Source: Methanomassiliicoccales archaeon
GTDB taxonomy: Archaea > Thermoplasmatota > Thermoplasmata > Methanomassiliicoccales > JAAEEP01
Reading direction: 5' to 3'
Assembly: GCA_046540255.1 (NCBI GenBank)
Contig: JBKHFJ010000001.1
Coordinates: 146,124 to 210,123 of the forward strand
Length of the DNA stretch: 64,000 nucleotides
Shown here one piece after another: positions 26,858 through 35,139 of this stretch. Below the pieces are notes generated by a model. That model was not told the origin of the DNA and did not search any database. It saw only the letters and a program-made list of their open reading frames with translations. The position numbers were made by a program, and so were the translations under genes. How positions within the stretch are numbered: the stretch's first letter is position 1; each line of letters begins with the position of its first letter.

Positions 26858-28309
26858 CTACACTATGGGGGTGAGCTGCACCCAACCCCCTCTCTCCCTT
26901 CTCCCGAACGAGATCACGTTGCACTCGGTGAAGGGCTCCTCCCCGTAGAGCAATATGGTTCCGCCGATGCGCTCGATCCTGATGTGGTTGTTGGCCAGGT
27001 CCGCCAGCTGCTCCCGCGACCTGGAAGAGGGGGCGACCAGTCCCACGAAGACCTCCCTTCGGCTCTTCACCGAGGCCAGGTGGTCCATGAGCTGGTCCAT
27101 CACCTCCCGTCCGTAGATGGACTCGATGGTGTCGAATCCCATCAAGGACAGGATGGGCCTCTGCGCCCCCTGCATCCTGTACTCCACCGTCCTCCAGTCC
27201 AGATCGGCGGAGGCGTCGGAGCCCTCCACGGGGAGCACGAAGTTCGCCTCGAAGCTGTCAAGCTGACTGGCGACCGCGGGGACCTTGACCAGGGCGTCGA
27301 ACTCGCCCTGGGGCAGGCCACGGGACACCAGGTTCCGCATCCCTTCCGGGCTCGATTTCCTCAGCGGGCTCCACAGCACCCCCCTCCCGGAGGCGGCGAA
27401 GTTGAGCACCAGGGAGGTCTCTATGGCCTGGGTGATAGAGGTGGGTATCCCCTCCCCCAGCTCGATCATGGTGATCGAGCCCCTCTCCAGGCCGCCACCG
27501 AGCATCCTGTCCAGGTCGGATATCCCGGTGGAGACCATCTCCCCCTGGTCCGGCAGGGGCTCCCAGCCATCCGGTATGTGAAGGCCGCCTGACCAGTCCC
27601 CACCGAAACTCATCATCTTCCCCCCACTCAGGGTGAACATGTACTTGGGCTGTTCTATCTCGCATCCCCTCAGCTTGTGAATATCCATCTCCCTGAGACG
27701 CCTCCGGTGGATCTCCTTGGAGGAGAGGTCGATCACCCCATCCCCCATGTAGTCAAGCTGCCCCTCCTGACTCTCCAGCACGATCAGGAGGTTGGCCCCC
27801 ATCTTCTCCACCAGGTTCCCCTGCAGGACGTTCATCAGGCGGTGACAGGGTATCTCGTACTTCTCCGCCATCGCATCCAGGCTGTCTATGACCACCAGGG
27901 ATCTCTGGGGGAGGTTCTCCTCGACCCTCTCGAAGATCGCCTCCAACTCCTGAAGCTCCCTGCCCAGGGTGAGGGTGATCTCCCCCTCCCCGATGGTCTG
28001 CTCCTCGATGCCCTTGAGGCCGTTCAGCGCGGCACGGGGGTCGCCCCGGTCATCCTCCGTCAGGGTCTGCTCCATCCTCTCCTTCAGCCAGGGGAACTGG
28101 GGGAACAGGGAGGAATCGGACACCCGGGTGGAGATGTAGTATCCCCTCTCCGTCTCGGCCATGTCCTCGATGGTCTGCAGGGCCAGGGTGGTCTTCCCGG
28201 CCCCGGGCCCGCCCCGGAGGATGAGGGAATGGCCCCCGGGATTGTTGAAAAAGCTTACTATCTCCTTGGGTATCCTGAACCCTTTCGATGGGACCATTCG
28301 AGTATTCAC
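26858..28309 (-). CDS. KaiC-like two-domain RecA-superfamily ATPase
   Basis: 483 aa. Domain 1 has Walker A GGPGAGKT and Walker B LVVIDSLD. Domain 2 (ISDLDRMLGGGLERGSITMIELGEGIPTS) lacks the P-loop lysine. Confidence 0.75.
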   Translation of the reverse strand: MNTRMVPSKGFRIPKEIVSFFNNPGGHSLILRGGPGAGKTTLALQTIEDMAETERGYYISTRVSDSSLFPQFPWLKERMEQTLTEDDRGDPRAALNGLKGIEEQTIGEGEITLTLGRELQELEAIFERVEENLPQRSLVVIDSLDAMAEKYEIPCHRLMNVLQGNLVEKMGANLLIVLESQEGQLDYMGDGVIDLSSKEIHRRRLREMDIHKLRGCEIEQPKYMFTLSGGKMMSFGGDWSGGLHIPDGWEPLPDQGEMVSTGISDLDRMLGGGLERGSITMIELGEGIPTSITQAIETSLVLNFAASGRGVLWSPLRKSSPEGMRNLVSRGLPQGEFDALVKVPAVASQLDSFEANFVLPVEGSDASADLDWRTVEYRMQGAQRPILSLMGFDTIESIYGREVMDQLMDHLASVKSRREVFVGLVAPSSRSREQLADLANNHIRIERIGGTILLYGEEPFTECNVISFGRRERGGWVQLTPIV

Positions 28310-28437
28310 CCCAGTTAACGAAAGCCATCAGGTGTTGAGTGGATAAATCTTTCTGGATGATTCTCGTGCCTGATAGCATGTCCCGGGAGAGAAGGTTTAA
28401 TATTCAGCACCTGGATTGACACACAGGAGGTGGAGCA

Positions 28438-29628
28438 TTGAAGGCGGTGGTTCTGGCCGCGGGTGAAGGGACGAGGCTGCGTCCCTTCACCTCCTCTCGG
28501 CCCAAGGTCATGATACCAGTGGGGAACAAGCCGATACTCGAGTACGTGGTGGAGGCCCTGGTGGCTAACGCCATAACCGAGATCGTGGTGGTGGTGGGCT
28601 ACCGGAAGGAGAGGATCATGTCCCACTTCGCGGACGGTCGCGATTTCGGGGCCAGCATAAGTTACGTGGAGCAGCAGAGGCAGCTGGGCACCGCCCACGC
28701 CCTGCTGGCGGCCAGGGGGGAACTGCACGGGGAGTTCCTGGTGCTCCCCGGAGACAACATCATCGACGCCCGGACGGTCGCCGACCTGCTGGCCACGGAC
28801 CACCGGCCCAGTATGCTGGTCACCGAGAGCGAGACCCCCTCCAAGTACGGGGTGGTCCAGGTTAGCCGAGGGAGCGTGACCGCCATAGCGGAGAAGCCCA
28901 CCGAGAGGATGGGGAACATCATCAGCACGGGTATCTACCGCTTCCCCCCCGATCTGTTGGAGACCATGGAGAGGTCCGTCCGGGAGGGGGAGAGGGGGAT
29001 CACCGACGCCCTCCGGGGGTCGATCGATCGCATTGACCTGCGGGCCATCTCCACCACCGGCTGCTGGATCGATGCCGTTTACCCCTGGGACCTCATCGGG
29101 CTGAACGCGGCCGCCATCGGGGAGGGAGGAAGGCAGACCGCCGGGAAGGTGGAGTCCGGGGTGACCCTCAAGGGACCGGTGCGCATCGGACGGGGCACCA
29201 GGATCCGCTCCGGATCCTACATAGAGGGACCAGTGTGCATTGGGGAAGGATGTGACATAGGACCCCATGCGGTGATATTTCCCTCCACCTCCATAGGGGA
29301 CGACGTGCAGGTGGGGGCGTTCACCTACCTGTCCCAGAGCCTGATCATGAGCAACGTCATCCTCGGTTCCCATTCCCACCTCTCCCACGGGGCGTTGGAC
29401 GCTGGAGTCAGGGTGGGACCCAACTGCTCGGCCCCGTCTGGTCCCTCGTACACCATGGTGGAGGAGGAGCTTTTCAGGCTGGACGAGATCGGACCCATGA
29501 TCGGCGAGGACTCCTCACTGGGATCCAACGTGGTGATCTCCCCCGGAAGCATCGTGGGCGCCTCCTGCAGGGTGGGGGACGGGGCCAGGGTGAACAGGAG
29601 CCTGGAGAACGGGAGCGTTGTGCTTTAG
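28438..29628 (+). CDS. bifunctional sugar-1-phosphate nucleotidylyltransferase / acetyltransferase (archaeal GlmU-like)
   Basis: 396 aa with TTG start. The N-terminus AVVLAAGEGTRLRPFT is an NTP-transferase motif, and the C-terminal left-handed beta-helix hexapeptide repeats are present. Immediately followed by glmS. Confidence 0.8.
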   Translation: MKAVVLAAGEGTRLRPFTSSRPKVMIPVGNKPILEYVVEALVANAITEIVVVVGYRKERIMSHFADGRDFGASISYVEQQRQLGTAHALLAARGELHGEFLVLPGDNIIDARTVADLLATDHRPSMLVTESETPSKYGVVQVSRGSVTAIAEKPTERMGNIISTGIYRFPPDLLETMERSVREGERGITDALRGSIDRIDLRAISTTGCWIDAVYPWDLIGLNAAAIGEGGRQTAGKVESGVTLKGPVRIGRGTRIRSGSYIEGPVCIGEGCDIGPHAVIFPSTSIGDDVQVGAFTYLSQSLIMSNVILGSHSHLSHGALDAGVRVGPNCSAPSGPSYTMVEEELFRLDEIGPMIGEDSSLGSNVVISPGSIVGASCRVGDGARVNRSLENGSVVL

Positions 29629-31419
29629 ATGTGCGGGATAATCGGTTACGCGGGCGGCCGTAGGGCCGAGGAGGTCATACTGGACGGACTGAAGAGGCTG
29701 GAGTATCGAGGCTATGACTCGGCGGGTCTGGCGGTCAGGGGGAACGGGATCCAGGTGCACAAGGCCAAGGGTGAGATCGACGGACTTCGTCTTAGCAACC
29801 CCGGGCTGGAGGGGGAGTCGGGGGTCGGACACACCCGCTGGGCCACCTGCGGAAAGCCATCCAAGGTCAACGCCCATCCCTTCCTGGACTGCACCGGGAG
29901 CATCGCCCTGGTCCACAATGGCATCATCGAGAACCACTACTCCCTGAGGTCGGAGCTGGAGGCCGAGGGCCATCGCTTCACCTCGGAGACGGACACCGAG
30001 GTTCTGGTACATCTAATGGAGAGGTACCACGAGGGAGACCTCCACTCCTCCCTCACCAAGGCCCTGAGGGAGGTGAAGGGCACCTACGCCATCGCCGCCA
30101 TCGACTGGGATTCAGAGGAGATCGTGGCGGCCCGCAAGGAGAATCCCTTGGTGATAGGCCTCGGGGTGGGGGAGAACTTCGTGGCCTCCGATGTCACGCC
30201 ACTGCTTAACTACACCACCAAGGTGATCTACCTGATGGACGGTGACACCGCGGTGGTGAGGGCGGACGGGGTGAACATTTACGACCACACCGGCCAGGAG
30301 GTCCACCGCCCGCCCAGTCAGGTGAACTGGTCGGTGGAGGACGCCCAGAAGGGAGGTTTCGAGCATTTCATGCTCAAGGAGATATTCGAGCAACCCCGGG
30401 CCCTTCACGACACCATAGTGGGATCCCTGTCCAGGCTGGAAGAGGGGGACCTACTGGCCGATCCCCGGCCCGACTCGGTCAAGCTAATCGCCTGCGGTAC
30501 CTCCTACCACGCCGGGATGGTGGGGAAGTATCTGGTCGAGGAGCTGACCCGCCTGCCGGTGACGGTGGAGCTGGCCTCGGAGTACCGCTACTCCAGCGGG
30601 GTCTCCGAGTGTCCACTGGTCATGGTGATCTCCCAGTCGGGGGAGACCGCGGACGCCCTGGCCGCGCTCCGGGAGGCCAAGCGGAGGGGATGCCCCACCC
30701 TGGCCGTCACCAATGTGGTGGGCAGCACCCTCACCCGGGAGGCCGAGGAGGTCCTCTACACCCAGGCCGGTCCGGAGATCGGGGTGGCGGCCACCAAGAC
30801 TTTCCTCACACAGCTCGTGTCCATGTTCCCCATAGCCATGCAGCTCGGATCCAACAACAGGGCCCTGCACCCGGACGATATGCGCACCCTCAAGAGGGAG
30901 ATCAGGTCCCTGCCGTTCTACGTCCAGAGCGTGTTGGACCGGGCGGACGAGATCGGGGCGGCGGCGGAGATGTTCGACCGGGCAAGGGACGCCTTCTTCA
31001 TCGGTAGGAACATCAACTACCCCACCGTGCTCGAGGGAGCGCTGAAGATGAAGGAGATCTCCTACCTGCACGCGGAGGGGTACGCGGCCGGGGAGCTGAA
31101 GCACGGTCCCCTGGCCCTGGTGGGCCCCCACACTCCCACGGTGGCCGCCTGCGTGAGGGATCACACCTACGATAAGATGATGTCCAACATATCCGAGGTG
31201 GTGGCCAGGGAGGCCCCCGTTCTGGCTTTAGGATTCGAGGGTGACAGGGAGCTTCCTCAGCTGGCGGACCGGGTGCTGGAGGTCCCGGAGGTGCATCCCC
31301 TGATGACCCCCATACCGATCTCGGTGGTCCTTCAACTCCTCGCCTATCAGGTGGCCAAGAGGAGGGGATGCCCGATCGACAAGCCCAGGAACCTGGCCAA
31401 GAGCGTTACCGTGGAGTGA
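29629..31419 (+). CDS. glmS: glutamine--fructose-6-phosphate aminotransferase
   Basis: 596 aa with N-terminal MCGIIGY (Ntn Cys), two SIS domains, and the C-terminal KPRNLAKSVTVE signature. Confidence 0.95.
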   Translation: MCGIIGYAGGRRAEEVILDGLKRLEYRGYDSAGLAVRGNGIQVHKAKGEIDGLRLSNPGLEGESGVGHTRWATCGKPSKVNAHPFLDCTGSIALVHNGIIENHYSLRSELEAEGHRFTSETDTEVLVHLMERYHEGDLHSSLTKALREVKGTYAIAAIDWDSEEIVAARKENPLVIGLGVGENFVASDVTPLLNYTTKVIYLMDGDTAVVRADGVNIYDHTGQEVHRPPSQVNWSVEDAQKGGFEHFMLKEIFEQPRALHDTIVGSLSRLEEGDLLADPRPDSVKLIACGTSYHAGMVGKYLVEELTRLPVTVELASEYRYSSGVSECPLVMVISQSGETADALAALREAKRRGCPTLAVTNVVGSTLTREAEEVLYTQAGPEIGVAATKTFLTQLVSMFPIAMQLGSNNRALHPDDMRTLKREIRSLPFYVQSVLDRADEIGAAAEMFDRARDAFFIGRNINYPTVLEGALKMKEISYLHAEGYAAGELKHGPLALVGPHTPTVAACVRDHTYDKMMSNISEVVAREAPVLALGFEGDRELPQLADRVLEVPEVHPLMTPIPISVVLQLLAYQVAKRRGCPIDKPRNLAKSVTVE

Positions 31420-32400
31420 TCACACCAGCCTCTCCGGGCAGATGTCCCGTCGGGAGCAGTTCCTGCACTTCCCCGCCCGGTTGTGGTTCCTGTGCACCTC
31501 CCCGGTCTCGGCCAGCTTCCTCATCTCCTCCAACTTTGCGATGAGGAGCCCCTCGAGCTCCTCGGTGAACTCGATCTTGTGCTCCCCCCCATCGTACCTC
31601 AGCAGCCCGTGGGAGACCCGGTGGCCGTTCTCCTCGCTCAGCAGTAGACAGTAGGCGGCCAGCTGCAGTATGTGGGAGAACAGTGGCCCCCTGGGGGTCC
31701 TCCCCGTCTTCACCTCCACGGGTATCTGCTCACCGTCCATCTCGGTGATGTAGTCGGGTCTGCCGGAAAGCCCGTAGTCCTCCGACCGGAGCAGCCTGGA
31801 CTCCTTACGCCCCACGTACCGGATCTTGCCCACGATGTCCCGCTTCCTCTTCCGCTCCTTGACCACCCGGTCGGTGGCCAGGGTGAAGTAGAGGGCCACA
31901 ACCGCCGCGATCAACCAGGTGAGGGCGATGATCTCGTATATCAGGGCGGAATCCGGGTCCACGCCCAGGATGGTCACCGAGTTCAGCGCCAGGATGGCGG
32001 CCACTATGGAGAAGAGGACCACCCATCTCTCGTAGGCGGCCAGCCTCTCTTTCTCCTTCACCCTCATGGACATGAGCATCATGTAGAGGGCCGAGAGGAT
32101 CCATGGGATGGAGATCAGTCCCAGTATGGCGCTCCAGTCCTGGGCCTCCTCCACCGGCATCAGGGAGAGTCCCATCAGGGCCAGTGCGGTGGCCACAAAG
32201 GAGAACAGGATGACCACCTTCTCCCAGTTCCGGGCCTTCTTCTCCTGCTCCCGGATGGAGATGAGGTCCTTGGAGATGGCGTCGTGCTTCTTCTCCCCCT
32301 CCTCTAGAGCCTCCGAGGTCACCTCCTGTTTCCTGCCCAGCCACCAGCTGAGCGGGCAGTAACCGTATCGCTCCAGTTCGCTGGCCGAAATGTACTCCAT
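31420..32400 (-). CDS. Cas4/DUF83-like PD-(D/E)xK nuclease with a four-helix transmembrane insertion
   Basis: 326 aa. The N-terminus is ISASELERYGYCPLSWWL. Four hydrophobic about 22-aa segments span aa 60-175. Then come GLSGRPDYI...IPVEVKTG (D..ExK), QLAAYCLLL (QxxxY) and the C-terminal CRNCSRRDIC. Confidence 0.7.
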   Translation of the reverse strand: MEYISASELERYGYCPLSWWLGRKQEVTSEALEEGEKKHDAISKDLISIREQEKKARNWEKVVILFSFVATALALMGLSLMPVEEAQDWSAILGLISIPWILSALYMMLMSMRVKEKERLAAYERWVVLFSIVAAILALNSVTILGVDPDSALIYEIIALTWLIAAVVALYFTLATDRVVKERKRKRDIVGKIRYVGRKESRLLRSEDYGLSGRPDYITEMDGEQIPVEVKTGRTPRGPLFSHILQLAAYCLLLSEENGHRVSHGLLRYDGGEHKIEFTEELEGLLIAKLEEMRKLAETGEVHRNHNRAGKCRNCSRRDICPERLV

Positions 32401-32430
32401 CCAAAACGGTAAAGGAGGTCTCGATGGTAC

Positions 32431-33189
32431 TTATTCCTTGTTGCACTTCCAGTTGAGCAGGGAATCGTCCGCTATGCAGATGCCCTTGGGCGCCCGGAAG
32501 TCGTCGATGTAGCCGAACCAGTACACCACCAGCCCCTCCCCGAAGAGGTCCACGTACGGAAGGAGCTGCTTCTTGACGTTCTTCTTGATCTCCACATTGT
32601 CCCCGAAGGAAGCCTTCGACTCGATCCAGTTGATGGACCAGCCGTTCAGCTCCACCGGCTCCTCGAAGAGGCAGTCCGGGGTCTTGGGGTACTCCCCCCT
32701 CAGGTCCTCCTCCGTCTTGTAGCAGTGGCCCTGCTCATCCAGCCAATCGGAGAGCAACCTCTCTCCCCACAACCCTCTCTGGTACTGCTTCTCGGAGGCC
32801 CAGGGGGAGTAGACGTAGTCCGCGGCGGTGATCTCCTCGATCTCCCTCTTCAACCGCTCGTCCTCGATGGACCCGGGATCCCTCACGCACTTCCAGAAGT
32901 ACTTCTTGGACCGGTCGCTCTCCTGGAATATGAACAGTCCGGTGAGGATGGGAGAGAAGTTCCAGTCCTCCGCCAGCTCCAGCATGCTCCTCCCCCTCTC
33001 CCAGTCCTTAAGGATGCGCCTGGAGTGCTTCTTGACCTTGTAAAAACTCTTGGTGATGGTCCTGACCGTCTTCTGGGTGTAGACCACATTCAGGAATTCC
33101 TCGTCCATACCCATCTTGTCGGCCATATAAGCAATATCCCTGGGGCTGTTCAGCCCGTCGTATATTGCCTTGTAATCCTCGTACTTCAT
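32431..33189 (-). CDS. TPD-motif (C15orf41/CDIN1-like) PD-(D/E)xK nuclease with N-terminal helical/HTH-like region
   Basis: 252 aa with C-terminal KTPDCLF...INWIESKASFG (D...ExK). The N-terminal RGRSMLELAEDWNFSPILTGLFIFQE resembles the HTH region of the TPD family (from memory). Confidence 0.6.
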   Translation of the reverse strand: MKYEDYKAIYDGLNSPRDIAYMADKMGMDEEFLNVVYTQKTVRTITKSFYKVKKHSRRILKDWERGRSMLELAEDWNFSPILTGLFIFQESDRSKKYFWKCVRDPGSIEDERLKREIEEITAADYVYSPWASEKQYQRGLWGERLLSDWLDEQGHCYKTEEDLRGEYPKTPDCLFEEPVELNGWSINWIESKASFGDNVEIKKNVKKQLLPYVDLFGEGLVVYWFGYIDDFRAPKGICIADDSLLNWKCNKE

Positions 33190-33404
33190 CCTCTCACTGG
33201 GCGGTTGTAGCCGTTAATCAATATTTAAAGGTAACTGTCAAACAAGCGGGGAATTTTTCGCATCTGGACGTGGGACGGTTCCCTTCGGGAGAACGGTACC
33301 CAAAATCTTGATTACGGATGGGTGTCCATTCGAGGATACGATTATATATGGCTTATGGGCTTTGTCATATTGAGGGATGCCAGCAGGCAAGAATCACATG
33401 ATCA

Positions 33405-34052
33405 TTGGAGGGGATAATTACGGCAAATATGACGTTCTTAGCTAGCAGCCATGGTCCCCCGTGGCTTCCGGGAAGCGTGGCGGAGGCCAGGAAGTTCGCG
33501 TACTGGGGTCAACTGATATTCTTCATCTTCTTCTTCGTGTTCCTGGTCCTGGGGATACTCTCCATGGCCACCGGCGCCATAGCCATCGGTGTCTACCAGG
33601 TCGTCTCCGCCATCGTCAACATACTCATCGTTTTCCTCTTGAGGACGACCGTGTTCGATACCATCGATCAGGGTCGATTCGACGAGGCCAGCGACAGGTT
33701 GCTCATCTGGGGCATACTGGGCATAATATTCGGCATCATCCCGGGAATCCTTCTCATAATCGCCTTCATCAGGATACAGGACGTCTTCCAGCCGCAGTAC
33801 CAGCCCTACCCTCCACAGGGGCCTCCGGGACAGCAGCCGCCACAGCAGTACCAGCAGCCGCCACAGCAGTACCAGCAGCCGCCACAGCAGTACCAGCAGG
33901 ATAACCAGCAGTATCAGCCCGCCAGGCCCAAGACGGGACAGCAGACCACGGAGAAGTCCAAACAGAAGCACGAGATGGTTAAGTGCAAGAACTGTGGGGT
34001 ACAGTACCCCGCCTTCATGAGGACCTGCCCCAACTGTGGAGAGCCGCGCTGA
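33405..34052 (+). CDS. membrane protein with Q/P/Y-rich repeat linker and C-terminal zinc ribbon
   Basis: 215 aa (TTG at 33405, ATG alternative at 33429). Three to four hydrophobic helices, then PPQQYQQ x3, then CKNCG...CPNCG. Confidence 0.6.
   Translation: MEGIITANMTFLASSHGPPWLPGSVAEARKFAYWGQLIFFIFFFVFLVLGILSMATGAIAIGVYQVVSAIVNILIVFLLRTTVFDTIDQGRFDEASDRLLIWGILGIIFGIIPGILLIIAFIRIQDVFQPQYQPYPPQGPPGQQPPQQYQQPPQQYQQPPQQYQQDNQQYQPARPKTGQQTTEKSKQKHEMVKCKNCGVQYPAFMRTCPNCGEPR
33831..33899 (+). repeat. 21-bp perfect tandem repeat x3.3 (CAGCAGCCGCCACAGCAGTAC)
   Basis: Units at 33831-33851, 33852-33872 and 33873-33893 are identical, followed by a partial fourth. Encodes QQPPQQY repeats. Confidence 0.9.
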
Positions 34053-34062
34053 TCACGCCGGG

Positions 34063-34776
34063 ATGACATTGACCAGGCTCCTCTACATGGACAACATCGA
34101 GGGCAATTACATCAAGAGGTTCAGGGCCAAGGTGCTGGAGCAGACCGATGACGGGGACGTGATCCTGGACCAGACCGCCTTCTACCCGGAGGGGGGAGGC
34201 CAACCCTCGGACAAGGGCCTTCTCTACTTCGATACGCTTTCCGTTCCGGTGTCCAGGGTCCACATGGACGGGGAGGTGGTCCACGAGCTGGAGGGATGGC
34301 TCCCCGACAACGTGGTGACGGTCAAGGCCACCCTGGACTGGGAAAGGAGGTACGTCCACATGAGGATGCATACCGCCCAGCACATCCTCTCGGGGGTGGC
34401 TTTCGACCGGCTCGGGGCGGGCACCGAGGGCCTTCAGATCCAGGGGGATCGCTCCTCCGTGGACCTCTCCGTAGGGCCAGAGAAGGTCGATCTGGAGGAC
34501 CTTCAGCGAGGGGCCAACGAGGTGGTGTCCCGCGCTCTGCCCATCGGCCTCACCAGCGAGGACCCGGGGGAGCTGAGGGAGAGGATCGAGGGGGGCAGGG
34601 TGGACTTCGCCCGCCTCCCGAAGGTCAAGAGGCTCAGGGTGGTCAGTATCCAGGGATTCGACGAGATACCCTGTGCCGGGACCCACGTGAGGAACACACA
34701 GGAGGTGGGCTCCATCTCCCTGGTGGGGAAGGAGGGGCACGGGGACGGCACACGTATCCTCTTCGAACTGGACTGA
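34063..34776 (+). CDS. alaX: alanyl-tRNA editing protein AlaX, medium form
   Basis: ATG at 34063 (MTLTRLLYMDN...); the track ORF starts at 34036, overlapping the previous gene. Carries FYPEGGGQPSD, HTAQHIL and CAGTHV zinc-binding editing motifs. Confidence 0.8.
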   Translation: MTLTRLLYMDNIEGNYIKRFRAKVLEQTDDGDVILDQTAFYPEGGGQPSDKGLLYFDTLSVPVSRVHMDGEVVHELEGWLPDNVVTVKATLDWERRYVHMRMHTAQHILSGVAFDRLGAGTEGLQIQGDRSSVDLSVGPEKVDLEDLQRGANEVVSRALPIGLTSEDPGELRERIEGGRVDFARLPKVKRLRVVSIQGFDEIPCAGTHVRNTQEVGSISLVGKEGHGDGTRILFELD

Positions 34777-34828
34777 AGCAATGTGACGTTTCCAATGTGG
34801 CAGGCGTCGTTCCCTTGAAACCCACGGA

Positions 34829-35077
34829 TCAAAGGAAGTCCCAGCTCTCCTCCACCTCCCCGGAGGGTCCCACCCTCTCGATCCTCAGGATCCTGTGGTA
34901 GGGGATGCGGGCCTCCCCGGTGGAGAAGAATGACCTGTCCAGCTCGGTGATCTCATCTCCGTTGATCACCCTGATGTCACCGGGCGCCCCACGGTGCTCC
35001 AGGGTGATCCTCGCACTCTCCAGGAGGCGGTCGCTCCTCCACTTGAGCTCGTTGAGGATTTCCCTGGGAAAGAGCAT
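34829..35077 (-). CDS. DUF504 / MJ1316-domain protein
   Basis: 82 aa. ILNELKWR...IPYHRILRI matches the family pattern I recall for DUF504 (UPF0248). Confidence 0.55.
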   Translation of the reverse strand: MLFPREILNELKWRSDRLLESARITLEHRGAPGDIRVINGDEITELDRSFFSTGEARIPYHRILRIERVGPSGEVEESWDFL

Positions 35078-35139
35078 GTTCTAAGCATGGACGGCCTAAA
35101 CAAAGATTTTTCTTTCACTAACCGCTTACCCTGGAGCAG

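Noticed and set aside
31420-32400. The Cas4-like gene as evidence of a CRISPR-Cas locus.
   Set aside because: There is no repeat-spacer array and no cas1, cas2 or effector genes anywhere in the 64 kb. I treat it as a stand-alone Cas4-family nuclease.
33190-33404. A possible small RNA or hairpin (GGTTCCCTTCGGGAGAACGG) in the 215-bp divergent spacer.
   Set aside because: The stem needs a bulge and is short. The region contains several TATA-like boxes (TTAATCAATATTTAAAGG, GATTATATATGG), consistent with an ordinary bidirectional promoter.
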